Assembly: GCA_944392205.1 (NCBI GenBank)
Contig: CALXVV010000002.1
Span: forward strand, 20,949 to 84,948
DNA: 64,000 bases
Reading direction: 5' to 3'
Source: an uncultured Alphaproteobacteria bacterium
GTDB taxonomy: Bacteria; Pseudomonadota; Alphaproteobacteria; RF32; CAG-239
The notes beneath the pieces are model-generated. The model worked only from the letters and a program-made list of their open reading frames with translations, searched no databases and was not told the origin of the DNA. Made by a program: the position numbers and the translations under genes. Position 1 is the first letter of the stretch. Each line of letters opens with the position of its first letter. Positions 11,126 through 21,457 of the stretch are shown piece after piece.

Positions 11126-13876
11126 TCAGTGGGCTTCCGTCCAGGTGTTGCCGATGCCCAATTCAGCATTGAATGGAACATCAAAATCTACCACTTTTTC
11201 CATTGTTTCTTTGATGAGTTTTGAGGCCGCCGCCAACTCATCTTCCGGCACCTCAAAAACTAGTTCATCGTGCACTTGCAACAACATCTTTGTCTTTAGC
11301 CCTTGCTCTTTTAACAATCTTCCCAGCTTGTTCATGGCTAATTTGATGATATCTGCCGCCCCGCCTTGAATCGGCGCGTTTATCGCCGCGCGCTCGGCAT
11401 TGGCTACTAAGCGTTTATTTTTGTCATTAATCCCCATAACCGAGCATTTGCGCCCAAACGGGGTGACGACATAGCCGTGTTTGTGGGCAAAAGCTATTGT
11501 TTGCTCCATATAAACTTTAATCTCCGGCATTTGGCGGAAATAGGCATCTATGTAGGCTTTGGCATCTGCCGCCTCAACCCCAATATTTCGCGCCAGACCA
11601 TAAGCCGAAATACCATAGACAATGCCAAAATTGATGGCCTTGGCATGGCGACGCAAATTGGCATCCACATTTTCGGGCGGAACCCCAAAAACATGTGAGG
11701 CCGTGGCGGTGTGAACATCTATGCCGGCGGCAAAAGCTTTCTTTAGGTTCTTAACATCTGCCACCGCCGCAAGCAACCGCAATTCAACCTGCGAATAGTC
11801 ACAAGAAATAAGCTTGCATCCGGGCTTGGCGATAAAGCAGGAGCGAATCTTCTTGCCTTCCTCACTGCGGATGGGAATGTTTTGCAAATTGGGGCTGACC
11901 GATGACAAACGCCCGGTGTTTACAACCGTTTGCAAATAGGTAGTGTGAATACGCGAATTTTTATCCAACAGGGCAAACAAAGAATCCGTATAAGTCGATT
12001 TTAGCTTACTCAACTCTCGCCAATCTAAAACCTTTTGTGCAAACTGGTTGCCCTCAGCGGCAATTTCCTCCAGGATTTCGGCCCCGGTTTGCCAAGCGCC
12101 GGTTGGGGTCTTTTTGCCTTTTAATCCTTGTTTCTCAAACAGAATCTCGCCAATTTGCTTGGGCGAGCCGACATTAAATTCCTCGCCGGCAATTTGGTAT
12201 AAATCCTGCTCCAAAACCTTAAGCTTGGAATCCAAATATTCACTCAATTCTTTTAGGGCAACAGCATCTATCATGATACCGTTTTTTTCCATTTCATAGA
12301 GTGTGCCAAGCAGAGGGCGGTCAAAATTCTCATAAACGGCAACTTTGCTCTCGCTTAGCAATCTTGGTTTCAAAACACTGTGGACCCTTAAAATATAATC
12401 AGCCCTTTCTGCCAGATAGCCCATTGCCGTTTGCTGGTCCAGCTGCCCGAAAGAAATTTTATTTTTGCCGCTGCCCAACAAATCATCAAGATTTTGCAAC
12501 GGCTCATCTTGATAATTTCTCACCAAATCTGCCAGGCCATGCCCATGCTCAGAGCTATCCAAATCATAAGAAATTATTGAAATATCATCATATGATGCTA
12601 TCTCCACCCCCGGCATTATCTGCTCTAAAAAGTGCCAGGCGGTTTTTAAGTTACAGCCGATTTTTAAAATCGCCGCATCTGCCAACAGCGGCTGCAAGTG
12701 GCTTACTAAGTTTTGCGCTGAAATGCCTGCCTTTTGCGGAGACAAAGAAAACAGGTCTAAATTCTCACCTTTTCCGGGCTCAAGATTTATGGGAATATAG
12801 CAGGCCTCTCCGGGCGCAACAGCCAGAGACACACCACAGATTTTATCAAATGTCGGATTATTCCCCTCGCCAATAACATCTACACTGAAGGCCCTTTTCT
12901 CTTTTATCTTATTTACAAACTTTTTAAGACTAGCCTCACTGTCCAACAGTTCATAGTGCTTTTCGATATTTTTAAATACATTGTTCAGCCCACGGTCTGC
13001 AATATCCGAACAGCGTTCAGACATCCATTTTTCCAGGCGTGGTTTTAGAGAATTGAAGCCATAAGTATCTACAAATTTGCTCAATTTTGCAGCCTCAGGC
13101 GCACGGCAAATATATTCCTTTAGCGCATGTTCCACCGGCACATCACTCTTTAGTGTCACTAACTGCAGCGATATTCTGGCGTTTTCCATATTCTCAAGCA
13201 AAACCTGGCGGCGTTTTTCTTGTTTTATCTCGCCGGCATGAGCCAGAACCCCTTCCAGCGAGCCATAGTCATTAACCAACTGAGCTGCCGTTTTGGGGCC
13301 AATTCCCGGAACACCGGGAACATTATCGGTACTATCCCCAGAAAGTGCCTGAACATCCACCACCTTGTCCGGATAAACGCCGAATTTTTCCTTAACATCT
13401 TCGGGCGAGAAAAACTTATCTTTCATGGGGTCATAAAATTCCACACCGGGGCGTATCAACTGCATCAAGTCTTTGTCCCCGGAAACGATGGTGACCTCCA
13501 ACCCCTCAGATAAGGCCTGTGCGGCGTAGGTGGCTATCAAATCATCTGCCTCATAGCCCTCCATTTCCAAATGATTCAAATTTAGGGCTTCTACCGCCTC
13601 GTGGATGATTGAAAACTGCGGAATCAAATCCTCGGGAATTTCTTTTCTGGTCCCCTTATAATCCGGGAAAATTTCGTTGCGAAAATTTTGCCTTTTGGCA
13701 TCAAACAGAACCAAACAATAGTCACAACCTATCTTGGTGGTGAGGCGCAAAAACATATTGGTGAAGCCATAAACGGCGTTGACCGGTGTGCCATCGGGCG
13801 CAGTCAAGGGCGGAAGCCCGTAAAAAGCTCTGAATATGTAGCCAGAACCGTCAATTAAGCAAACTTTTTTGGGCAT
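11126..13876 (-). CDS. polA: DNA polymerase I.
   Basis: 916 aa. 5'-3' exonuclease N-terminus (LIDGSGYIFRAFY), 3'-5' exonuclease domain and polymerase motifs A (DYSQVELR), B (RRHAKAINFGIVYG) and C (LQVHDELVFE). Confidence 0.95.
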   Translation of the reverse strand: MPKKVCLIDGSGYIFRAFYGLPPLTAPDGTPVNAVYGFTNMFLRLTTKIGCDYCLVLFDAKRQNFRNEIFPDYKGTRKEIPEDLIPQFSIIHEAVEALNLNHLEMEGYEADDLIATYAAQALSEGLEVTIVSGDKDLMQLIRPGVEFYDPMKDKFFSPEDVKEKFGVYPDKVVDVQALSGDSTDNVPGVPGIGPKTAAQLVNDYGSLEGVLAHAGEIKQEKRRQVLLENMENARISLQLVTLKSDVPVEHALKEYICRAPEAAKLSKFVDTYGFNSLKPRLEKWMSERCSDIADRGLNNVFKNIEKHYELLDSEASLKKFVNKIKEKRAFSVDVIGEGNNPTFDKICGVSLAVAPGEACYIPINLEPGKGENLDLFSLSPQKAGISAQNLVSHLQPLLADAAILKIGCNLKTAWHFLEQIMPGVEIASYDDISIISYDLDSSEHGHGLADLVRNYQDEPLQNLDDLLGSGKNKISFGQLDQQTAMGYLAERADYILRVHSVLKPRLLSESKVAVYENFDRPLLGTLYEMEKNGIMIDAVALKELSEYLDSKLKVLEQDLYQIAGEEFNVGSPKQIGEILFEKQGLKGKKTPTGAWQTGAEILEEIAAEGNQFAQKVLDWRELSKLKSTYTDSLFALLDKNSRIHTTYLQTVVNTGRLSSVSPNLQNIPIRSEEGKKIRSCFIAKPGCKLISCDYSQVELRLLAAVADVKNLKKAFAAGIDVHTATASHVFGVPPENVDANLRRHAKAINFGIVYGISAYGLARNIGVEAADAKAYIDAYFRQMPEIKVYMEQTIAFAHKHGYVVTPFGRKCSVMGINDKNKRLVANAERAAINAPIQGGAADIIKLAMNKLGRLLKEQGLKTKMLLQVHDELVFEVPEDELAAASKLIKETMEKVVDFDVPFNAELGIGNTWTEAH

Positions 13877-13960
13877 TAATCATTCTCCCGTTTATCTACA
13901 GGGTGGTGGTTATATCCTCAAATATATACAATAAAACGGCTAGCGCCAACAGATAAAAAG

Positions 13961-14161
13961 TTATTCACCAATAGAGAGGAAAAAACTGCGCTCCAAATTA
14001 TCTACCGCGCACAAATCTGTTTTATAAATATCCTCGTAGTTTTCAATATAATCACGCAAGGCCAAGGCAACACAATCATCCACACTGCGGCCGCTTTTTT
14101 GGGCAATCTTTTCAATCTTGTTTTGAAGATCATCGTTAACCATGACTGAAATCTTGCGCAT
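13961..14161 (-). CDS. Ribbon-helix-helix (CopG/Arc/ParD-like) DNA-binding protein, orphan.
   Basis: 66 aa. The N-terminal beta-strand-like ISVMVNDDLQNKIEKIAQKSGRSVDDCVALALRDYIE fits the RHH fold pattern. No toxin partner is adjacent. It is divergent from the PBP gene and lies upstream of polA. Confidence 0.45.
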   Translation of the reverse strand: MRKISVMVNDDLQNKIEKIAQKSGRSVDDCVALALRDYIENYEDIYKTDLCAVDNLERSFFLSIGE

Positions 14162-14217
14162 CTTAAAATCTTCCTTAACTTATTTGTGATATTTAATACC
14201 TATTGTTTTAATTTATT

Positions 14218-16035
14218 TTGCTTTTCAAGACAAGACTTAAAAAGGCGGGACTCGTGGCAAAAGCTCAGAAAAAAAAGAAAAAGACTCGAAAAAGAGAGTC
14301 AAAACAACGCTTTAAGAATCGGATGCGGCTGTTAAAAATTTTTGCCGTGTTGGTGATAACTTTATTAACTTATGTTGCTTATTGTTTAATCACTTTGCCA
14401 AACATGAGTGAAGCCATCAACCGCACCAGGCAACCTTTTACCACCATTATTGCCGACAATGGCAATGAGGTGCAAACTTTTGGCACGGTTTATTCGGAAA
14501 TTATCCGCTCCGAAGAACTTCCCCAATATGTTGTTGACGCCATTGTTTATACCGAAGACCGTCGTTTTTACAGCCATTTTGGCTTTGATATCATCTCCTT
14601 TACCAGAGCCATGATTGCCAATATTTTTGCCGGAAGATACGCTCAAGGCGGCAGCACCATCACCCAGCAAGTGGCAAAAAACCTCTTTCTGACCTCTGAA
14701 AAAAGTGTGCGGCGCAAAGCTCAAGAGCTTCTCTTGGCCTTTTGGCTGGAATATAAATTCACCAAAGAGCAAATTCTAACTCTCTACCTTAATCGTGTTT
14801 ACCTCGGCTCAGGCGCCTATGGTATTGAGGCCGCCAGTCAAAAGTATTTTCAGAAGACTTCTCGCGATCTCAATATGTTGGAAGCGGCCGTTATTGCCGG
14901 TATGCTCAAAGCCCCCTCTCGTTATAACCCCATTGCCTCAAAAGAAAGAGCTTTAGAACGGGCTAAAGTGGTGCTTGGTATCATGGAAGAAAATAATCTG
15001 ATTACCGCCGCCGACAAAGAGAGAATCCTAAAGATGCCTTTGGGAAGAGAAAAAAGTGCCAAAGTTGTCGGCGCCGCTTATTTTGCCGACTGGGTCTACA
15101 ATGAGGTTAATGCCTATGTCGGCGAGCGCAATGATGATATCTATGTCTCGACCACCTTGGACCAGAATCTGCAAGAAAAGGCCTCTGCCATTTTGCGAGA
15201 GACCATTGCCGCCAACGCCCACCGCAACGTGACCCAAGGCGCAATCGTCATCATGGACTACAATGGCGCCGTAAAGGCCATGGTTGGAGGAGTTGACTAC
15301 AACAAAAGCCAGTTTAACCGTGCGGTTTCCGCCCTCAGACAGCCGGGATCCGCTTTCAAACCTTTTGTATACCTAACCGCTTTGCAAGAAGGTTTTAAGC
15401 CAGAAGACACCATTGAAGACCGCCCCATCTCCATTAAAGGATGGCAACCGCAAAATGATGACCGTAAATATTACGGAACCGTAACCTTAAAATATGCTTT
15501 GGCAAAATCGCTCAACCTTGCCACCATCAATCTAGCTCAACAGCTCTCGGGAGCAGAAATCATCCGCAATGCTCGCAAAATGGGCATCAACACACCCATT
15601 CAGGACACCCCTTCTCTGCCGCTCGGAACTTTTGAAGTGACTGTTTTGGATCTGACAACCGCCTATGCCTCTATTGCCAACGGCGGGTACGCCGTGTGGC
15701 CATATGCCATTGAGGAAATCTATAATCGCGACGGCTTCCAGCTCTACCAGCGCGAATCCACTGACAAGACCCAAATTCTTGACCCTGTGGCGGTTTTGGA
15801 GCTAACCCAGATGCTTGAGAAAGTTGTGCAATCCGGCACCGGGCACCGTGCCCAAATAAATGGTTTTGCCGCCGGAAAAACCGGCACCAGTCAAGACAAC
15901 CGTGATGCCTGGTTTGTCGGCTTTACCGATAGCTTGGTCGGTGCGGTTTGGCTCGGAAATGATGATAACTCTCCGATGAAAGGCGTTTACGGCTCCGGCC
16001 TGCCCGCCCAAATCTGGAAAAAAATTATGCAATAG
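14218..16035 (+). CDS. Class A penicillin-binding protein (bifunctional glycosyltransferase/transpeptidase).
   Basis: GT51 motifs (EDRRFYSHFGFD, GGSTITQQ), a TM helix near the N-terminus and a transpeptidase region (SAFKPF, KTGT). The track start is TTG 14218. An alternative ATG at 14323 (MRLLKIFAV...) is plausible. Confidence 0.8.
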   Translation: MLFKTRLKKAGLVAKAQKKKKKTRKRESKQRFKNRMRLLKIFAVLVITLLTYVAYCLITLPNMSEAINRTRQPFTTIIADNGNEVQTFGTVYSEIIRSEELPQYVVDAIVYTEDRRFYSHFGFDIISFTRAMIANIFAGRYAQGGSTITQQVAKNLFLTSEKSVRRKAQELLLAFWLEYKFTKEQILTLYLNRVYLGSGAYGIEAASQKYFQKTSRDLNMLEAAVIAGMLKAPSRYNPIASKERALERAKVVLGIMEENNLITAADKERILKMPLGREKSAKVVGAAYFADWVYNEVNAYVGERNDDIYVSTTLDQNLQEKASAILRETIAANAHRNVTQGAIVIMDYNGAVKAMVGGVDYNKSQFNRAVSALRQPGSAFKPFVYLTALQEGFKPEDTIEDRPISIKGWQPQNDDRKYYGTVTLKYALAKSLNLATINLAQQLSGAEIIRNARKMGINTPIQDTPSLPLGTFEVTVLDLTTAYASIANGGYAVWPYAIEEIYNRDGFQLYQRESTDKTQILDPVAVLELTQMLEKVVQSGTGHRAQINGFAAGKTGTSQDNRDAWFVGFTDSLVGAVWLGNDDNSPMKGVYGSGLPAQIWKKIMQ

Positions 16036-16152
16036 AAAACTCAAAAATAGTGCTTTTCTAATAAGTTTTATTATATATAATACGAAGAAGTTTTAGGCTT
16101 TTTGCCGGCGAATCTTGTCGGTAAATTAAATTGTAAATTAAAAGAGGAAAAA

Positions 16153-17682
16153 ATGAGACAAAAACCTGTATTGCTGATGATTTTGGACGGCTGGGGATAT
16201 CGTGAACCCAAAACCCCGGATAACGCCATTGAGATGGGACACACACCAAATTGGCATAGAATGTATGCCGACAACCCGCATTGCTTGATTGAAACTTATG
16301 GCTTGGCCGTTGGTTTGCCTGAGGGACAGATGGGCAACTCAGAGGTCGGACACACCAATCTTGGTGCCGGACGTGTGGTTATGCAAGATCTGCCCAAAAT
16401 CGACCAGGCCGTAAAAGACGGCTCTTTGGCTAAGAATCCGGTTTTGGTTAAGATGATTGAAACCCTCAAAGCCAACGGTAAGGCCGCTCATGTGATGGGA
16501 TTGATGTCGCCGGGCGGCGTGCACTCTTCCCAAGACCATATTGTGGCTGTTTGCAAAATCTTGGCCCAGGCCGGCATCAAAGTTTGGGTTCATGCTTTTT
16601 TGGACGGGCGTGATACCCCGCCGGCTTCTGCTGCCCAATATCTCGCTGATTTTGAAAAAGCCGTGGATGGACTTAATGTTAAAGTCGCCACCATTGAAGG
16701 CCGTTTTTATGCCATGGATCGTGACAAACGCTGGGACCGTGTGGAGGCTGCTTATAACAACATGGTTTTGGCTGACGGCAAACACTTTGCTTCCTGCGAA
16801 GAAGCTATCAAAGCCTCTTATGCCGACAAAGTTACCGATGAATTCGTAATTCCTTGTGTTGTCGGTGACTATAAGGGTATGCAGGACGGTGATGCCATTT
16901 TGATGGCAAACTTCCGTGCAGACCGTGCAAGAGAAATTCTCTATGCCTTGGCCGATGCTGAATTCTCCGGCTTTGCCCGCAAAAAGATTGTTCATTTTTC
17001 CGACCATGTCGGCATGACTGAATACTCGGTTGATCATAACCGCTTTATGCACACCATGTTTCCGCCCGAGACTTTAACCAACATCTTGGGAGAAGTTGTG
17101 GCAGACCATGGATTGACCCAACTGCGTATTGCCGAGACCGAAAAATATGCCCACGTTACTTTCTTCTTTAACGGTGGTGAGGAACGCGAGTTCAAGGGTG
17201 AAGAGCGAATCCTGATTGCCAGCCCCAAAGTGGCAACTTATGACCTCAAGCCCGAAATGAGTGTCTATGAAGTAACCGAGCAACTGGTTAAAGCTATTGA
17301 AGACAAACGCTTTGATATGATTATTTGCAATTTTGCCAACGGCGATATGGTTGGACACACCGGAATTATGGAAGCAGCCCTCAAGGCTGTGGCCGCCGTT
17401 GATGAATGCTTGGGCAAAGTTGAAAAAGCCATCAAAGATGTCGGAGGCGTTATGATTGTGACTGCTGACCACGGTAATGCCGAAAAAATGGTTGATGAAA
17501 AAACCGGCCAACCCTACACGGCTCACACTGTTGGCAAAGTGGCCGCTATTTTGGTCAATGACCAAAGCAATGTCAAACGCTTGAAGGACGGTGCTTTGTG
17601 CGATATTGCTCCAACCATGCTGGAGCTGATGGAAATCAAGCAACCTCTCGAAATGACCGGACATTCTTTGTTGGTGAAGTAA
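16153..17682 (+). CDS. gpmI: 2,3-bisphosphoglycerate-independent phosphoglycerate mutase.
   Basis: MRQKPVLLMILDGWG N-terminus, catalytic Ser region (GNSEVGHTN) and C-terminal DHGN. RBS aagagg before ATG 16153. The track start at 16102 is probably an N-terminal over-extension. Confidence 0.9.
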   Translation: MRQKPVLLMILDGWGYREPKTPDNAIEMGHTPNWHRMYADNPHCLIETYGLAVGLPEGQMGNSEVGHTNLGAGRVVMQDLPKIDQAVKDGSLAKNPVLVKMIETLKANGKAAHVMGLMSPGGVHSSQDHIVAVCKILAQAGIKVWVHAFLDGRDTPPASAAQYLADFEKAVDGLNVKVATIEGRFYAMDRDKRWDRVEAAYNNMVLADGKHFASCEEAIKASYADKVTDEFVIPCVVGDYKGMQDGDAILMANFRADRAREILYALADAEFSGFARKKIVHFSDHVGMTEYSVDHNRFMHTMFPPETLTNILGEVVADHGLTQLRIAETEKYAHVTFFFNGGEEREFKGEERILIASPKVATYDLKPEMSVYEVTEQLVKAIEDKRFDMIICNFANGDMVGHTGIMEAALKAVAAVDECLGKVEKAIKDVGGVMIVTADHGNAEKMVDEKTGQPYTAHTVGKVAAILVNDQSNVKRLKDGALCDIAPTMLELMEIKQPLEMTGHSLLVK

Positions 17683-17688
17683 AACACT

Positions 17689-18939
17689 ATGGAACTGAAA
17701 ACTGCCTTTACCTATATCTTTTTTGTTGCCGGAGCTTTTCTTGGTTCCGCGCAAACGGTAAAGGCGGTTTCAAGCTCCGATCTTGAAAAAATGGAGCAAA
17801 AAGTCCAGCAACAAAGTATGGAACATAAAAAGCTCCAGGCACAGGCCACGCAGATCAATCTTGAGCTCACTGCCGTTAGCCGAGAGATGGTTAAGGCAGC
17901 TAAGCAAATTCAAAATAACGAGGAAAAGCTCTCGCAAATGGAGCGCCAACTCGAAAAATTAAAAGCTGATTTGGCAGAAGCTGAGGCCGGCTTTACTAAA
18001 GAAGACGACAACCTCATCAAAACTTTGGCCGCTCTCCAAAACTTGGCCCTTAAACCAACAGAGGCTCTTTTGGTGCAGCCTTTAACTCCGGTTGAAATTA
18101 TCCGCAGCGCCATGTTGCTCAGAGAAACGGTTCCCTATCTGGAAGAAAACGCGGAGAGAATCCGTAAAGAACTTGAGACCATCGCCAAGAAAAAAGACTT
18201 GGTTGAAAAACAGTTTGCGCAGATTTCAAAACAAAAGAAAGTTTTGGAGCAGGAACATAATCGGATGAAGGCTCTGGTGCAGAAAAAGTCCAAGATGCGC
18301 AACATGGTCGAAATCAAAAGCGAAAAAGCCAAGAAAAATGTTGAAAAGCTTGCCGCTCAAGCAAATGACTTGCGCGATCTCTTGAACAAGCTCGAAAAAC
18401 AACGGCTTGAAAAACAACGCCAAGAGGAGGAAAAACGCCGCTTAGCCGAGAAAAAAGCCGAAGAAGAACGCAAGTTGGCAGAAAAGAATCGTGCAGAAAC
18501 GAAAACTGCCGACTTGATTAAATCTCATCCGCCAGTTATAACTGGTATGAGTACTGGTTTCAGACAGGCAAAAGGAACGTTACCGATGCCGGCCAGAGGC
18601 AAAATCATCACTGCTTATGGCGAGCAAGTGGTTAAAGGTGTTTCTGCCAAAGGAATTACCATTAGGACCAGAAACGGTGCTCAGGTTATTGCTCCTTTTG
18701 ATGGCTCCGTTATATTCTCAGGACCTTTTAGGGGGTATGGAAATCTTATTATTATTGAACACGGTGACGGGTATTTATCTTTGCTTGCCGGACTTGAAAA
18801 TATGGATGTCGAGTTGGGGCAAATGCTTTTGGCAGGAGAACCTGTCGGACAAATGCCGGAGGATGGAGACGCTAAGCTCTATATGGAAATTCGCAAAGAT
18901 AACCAACCCATTGATCCACTAGCGTGGATAAAAGTTTAA
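17689..18939 (+). CDS. envC: Murein hydrolase activator / M23 (LytM) peptidase-family protein, EnvC-like.
   Basis: Signal peptide, a long coiled-coil rich in E/K/Q, and a C-terminal LytM/M23 domain (GITIRTRNGAQVIAPFDGSVIFSG, GNLIIIEHGDGYLS). The gpmI-envC-ctpA order is conserved in alphaproteobacteria. Confidence 0.8.
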   Translation: MELKTAFTYIFFVAGAFLGSAQTVKAVSSSDLEKMEQKVQQQSMEHKKLQAQATQINLELTAVSREMVKAAKQIQNNEEKLSQMERQLEKLKADLAEAEAGFTKEDDNLIKTLAALQNLALKPTEALLVQPLTPVEIIRSAMLLRETVPYLEENAERIRKELETIAKKKDLVEKQFAQISKQKKVLEQEHNRMKALVQKKSKMRNMVEIKSEKAKKNVEKLAAQANDLRDLLNKLEKQRLEKQRQEEEKRRLAEKKAEEERKLAEKNRAETKTADLIKSHPPVITGMSTGFRQAKGTLPMPARGKIITAYGEQVVKGVSAKGITIRTRNGAQVIAPFDGSVIFSGPFRGYGNLIIIEHGDGYLSLLAGLENMDVELGQMLLAGEPVGQMPEDGDAKLYMEIRKDNQPIDPLAWIKV

Positions 18940-18964
18940 TTCTTTATAAAATAGGAAAAACACC

Positions 18965-20257
18965 ATGGCAAAAAAATTATCTATCATCTTCTTTATTTGT
19001 TTTGGACTATTGTTGGCTGCAGGCTCTGATGCTTGGGCCAAAAAAGAAACAAAGACCTCTGAGAATGAAGATACTTATGAACTGCTGAACTTATTCGGCG
19101 AAGTTATGGAACGCGCCAAAGCGTCTTATGTGGAAGAAGTTGATGATAAAAAACTTATCGAATCCGCCATTAACGGAATGCTCGTTTCTTTAGACCCTCA
19201 CTCAAGCTATCTGGATGAAAAAAGTTTCAAATATATGAATGAGCAAACCAAAGGCAAATTCGGAGGCCTGGGAATCGAAGTTACCATGGAACAAGGTGTG
19301 GTTAAGGTCGTGTCCCCAATCGATGACACTCCGGCCTCAAGAGCCGGCCTGAAACCCGGCGATTATATCACCAACATTGATGGCGAAAACGTTGTCGGCA
19401 TGAGCCTTAATGACGCTGTTGACAAGATGCGCGGCAAACCCGGCTCAAAGGTTAAACTCACCATCCGTCGCGTTAATGAAAAACCTTTTGATGTTACTCT
19501 CAAACGTGAGGAAATTAAAATCCAATCTGTCAAAAGCGACCTCAAGGCTGATGATGTGGCTTATATCCGCGTAACGTCTTTCAGTGAAGATGTTGATAAG
19601 AACATTGAAAAGGCTCTCAAAAAACTTCAGAAGAAAGCTGACGGCAAATTGGCCGGAGTGGTTTTGGATGTTCGCAACAATCCCGGAGGTTTGCTGGAAC
19701 AGGCGGTGGCTGTTTCCGATTTATTCCTAAATCAGGGAGAAATTGTTTCTACCCGTTCACGCAATGCCGAAGACACTATCCGCTACTCTGCGCAAGACGG
19801 CGATATTATCAACGGACTGCCTATCGTTGTTCTGATTAATGACGGGTCTGCTTCTGCCTCTGAGATTGTGGCAGGAGCTTTGCAAGACCATAAACGTGCT
19901 GTGTTGCTAGGTGAAAAATCTTTTGGAAAAGGATCTGTGCAAACCGTTATTCCGCTCGGAAAATATGGAGCAATGAGGTTGACGACGGCTCGTTACTATA
20001 CCCCGTCCGGGCGCTCTATTCAGGCAAAAGGAATCGAGCCAGATGTTGAGGTTCATCCGGCAAAAGTAGAAGAAATTGAGAGTGCTTACAACTTTAGCGA
20101 AGCTGAGTATGGAAATGCTCTGAAAAATGAAAAGGCTGACAGCGAGGCAAAAGATAAAAAAGAAAAAGCGCAAAATGATGATTGGCGTGCCGATTATCAG
20201 TTGTCTCGAGCTGTCGATTTGGTTAAGGCTCTTGCTATCTATAAACCTGCCGAATAG
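18965..20257 (+). CDS. ctpA: Carboxy-terminal processing protease (S41).
   Basis: PDZ domain (GLGIEV, GLKPGDYI) and S41 catalytic region (VVLDVRNNPGG, GSASASEIV, FGKGSVQ). Confidence 0.9.
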   Translation: MAKKLSIIFFICFGLLLAAGSDAWAKKETKTSENEDTYELLNLFGEVMERAKASYVEEVDDKKLIESAINGMLVSLDPHSSYLDEKSFKYMNEQTKGKFGGLGIEVTMEQGVVKVVSPIDDTPASRAGLKPGDYITNIDGENVVGMSLNDAVDKMRGKPGSKVKLTIRRVNEKPFDVTLKREEIKIQSVKSDLKADDVAYIRVTSFSEDVDKNIEKALKKLQKKADGKLAGVVLDVRNNPGGLLEQAVAVSDLFLNQGEIVSTRSRNAEDTIRYSAQDGDIINGLPIVVLINDGSASASEIVAGALQDHKRAVLLGEKSFGKGSVQTVIPLGKYGAMRLTTARYYTPSGRSIQAKGIEPDVEVHPAKVEEIESAYNFSEAEYGNALKNEKADSEAKDKKEKAQNDDWRADYQLSRAVDLVKALAIYKPAE

Positions 20258-20269
20258 GAGGACCAACTC

Positions 20270-21457
20270 TTGGTGCAAAAAGTTACTTCTTATAAAATCT
20301 TGGCGGCTGTCGCCGTTGCGGCGGTAATCACATTGGCCATTGTCGGCTACTGGTTTGCCGATGAAAAGAGTGAACCTGTTTATCTTTCTAAAATCGACAA
20401 GCTGATGTTTGACAAAGATAATAAAGCACCAAAGTTCGTTTTAACTCTGCCGGAACCCGGAAAACATCAACAAAGCGGTGGAACTCCAATTATTTCTGCA
20501 TCTCCGGATATTCTCCCTTTGCCGCAAACGCCTAAAAATGATGCTCTGGGACCGGTTTTGGAAACATTGAATGAAATTATAGCTCAAATACCTAACCTTA
20601 ACCAATTGACAGATCAACAGCCGACTCAAACCCTTAGATATATTACACAAGATGAGGAAATGATCGAAAAGGATGGGGCGTTTGTTTTACCAAAAATTGC
20701 TGTTGACGGACGTAAGCCTTGGAATGAATATGGCGAAAGTGTCAACACTTTGCCGAATTTTAAAAAAGTCGCCCTAATCATTAAGGGGCTTGGTTTTGAC
20801 CCCCTTTCATTGGACAAAGTTGCTAAAGGATTAAATTCGGAGGTTTCTATATCTTTATCTCCCTATGCAGCAGATGCAGAGAAAAAAATTACTTCTGCAC
20901 GGCAGTTTGGTCATGAAACTTATATTGACTTGCTTTTGTCATCAAAAGATTTCTTGAAATCTGACAGCGGGCCAATGTCTATGAGCCTGACAATTAGCCA
21001 AGATGAAGCTCTCCAGCGTCTAAAACGTTCACTTTCCGTTAATGCTCCCATTGGCGGAGTGGTTGTCAACGATGGTGTGGCCGACGAGAGCAACCAAGAG
21101 CTCTTAACTAAACTTTTTACGGAGCTCAAAAACCGAGGCCTGATGCTGATTGATGCCACTCATGGTGATGGAGTGGAGCAGATTAAGATTGAAGGCCTGG
21201 CCAGAAGAAAGGCTGATATTGTTATTGACTCTGATTTTAGGAGAAACTCCATTGATAAGGCTTTCAAAAAGGCTGAAGAAATTGCTTTCAGCAAAGGGCA
21301 AGTTGTCGTCGTGATTGACCCTAAACCCATTGCAATTATTGAGGCTTATAAGTGGATTAAGAGCTTTTCTCCGCAAGTGTCTTATGAAGAAGCAAAAAAC
21401 ATGGAATTAACCAAGCCTTTTGCCTTGGTTCCTATATCTAATTTGGTGATGGAATGA
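20270..21457 (+). CDS. Divergent polysaccharide deacetylase family protein (YibQ-like).
   Basis: N-terminal TM anchor. A C-terminal domain of about 250 aa follows ctpA, which is the position YibQ homologues occupy in E. coli and Rhizobiales. TTG start with RBS aggagg 8 nt upstream. Confidence 0.55.
   Translation: MVQKVTSYKILAAVAVAAVITLAIVGYWFADEKSEPVYLSKIDKLMFDKDNKAPKFVLTLPEPGKHQQSGGTPIISASPDILPLPQTPKNDALGPVLETLNEIIAQIPNLNQLTDQQPTQTLRYITQDEEMIEKDGAFVLPKIAVDGRKPWNEYGESVNTLPNFKKVALIIKGLGFDPLSLDKVAKGLNSEVSISLSPYAADAEKKITSARQFGHETYIDLLLSSKDFLKSDSGPMSMSLTISQDEALQRLKRSLSVNAPIGGVVVNDGVADESNQELLTKLFTELKNRGLMLIDATHGDGVEQIKIEGLARRKADIVIDSDFRRNSIDKAFKKAEEIAFSKGQVVVVIDPKPIAIIEAYKWIKSFSPQVSYEEAKNMELTKPFALVPISNLVME

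Noticed and set aside
12301-12876. 191-aa plus-strand ORF inside polA, and many similar ORFs of 60-180 aa inside gyrB, polA, gpmI, parE and the autotransporter gene.
   Set aside because: All lie antisense to, or out of frame within, long well-supported genes. Their translations are low-complexity with no motifs. They are typical shadow ORFs.
14267-14285. A8/A5 tracts near the 5' end of the PBP gene as a phase-variation site.
   Set aside because: They encode a Lys-rich cytoplasmic tail (KKKKKTRKR), which is common in PBPs. An alternative downstream start exists. Nothing suggests slippage-dependent switching.
16339-17754. Two long minus-strand ORFs (237 aa and 226 aa) overlapping gpmI.
   Set aside because: They are antisense to a highly conserved gpmI coding sequence. 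The His- and Gly-rich composition mirrors the codon bias of the sense strand.
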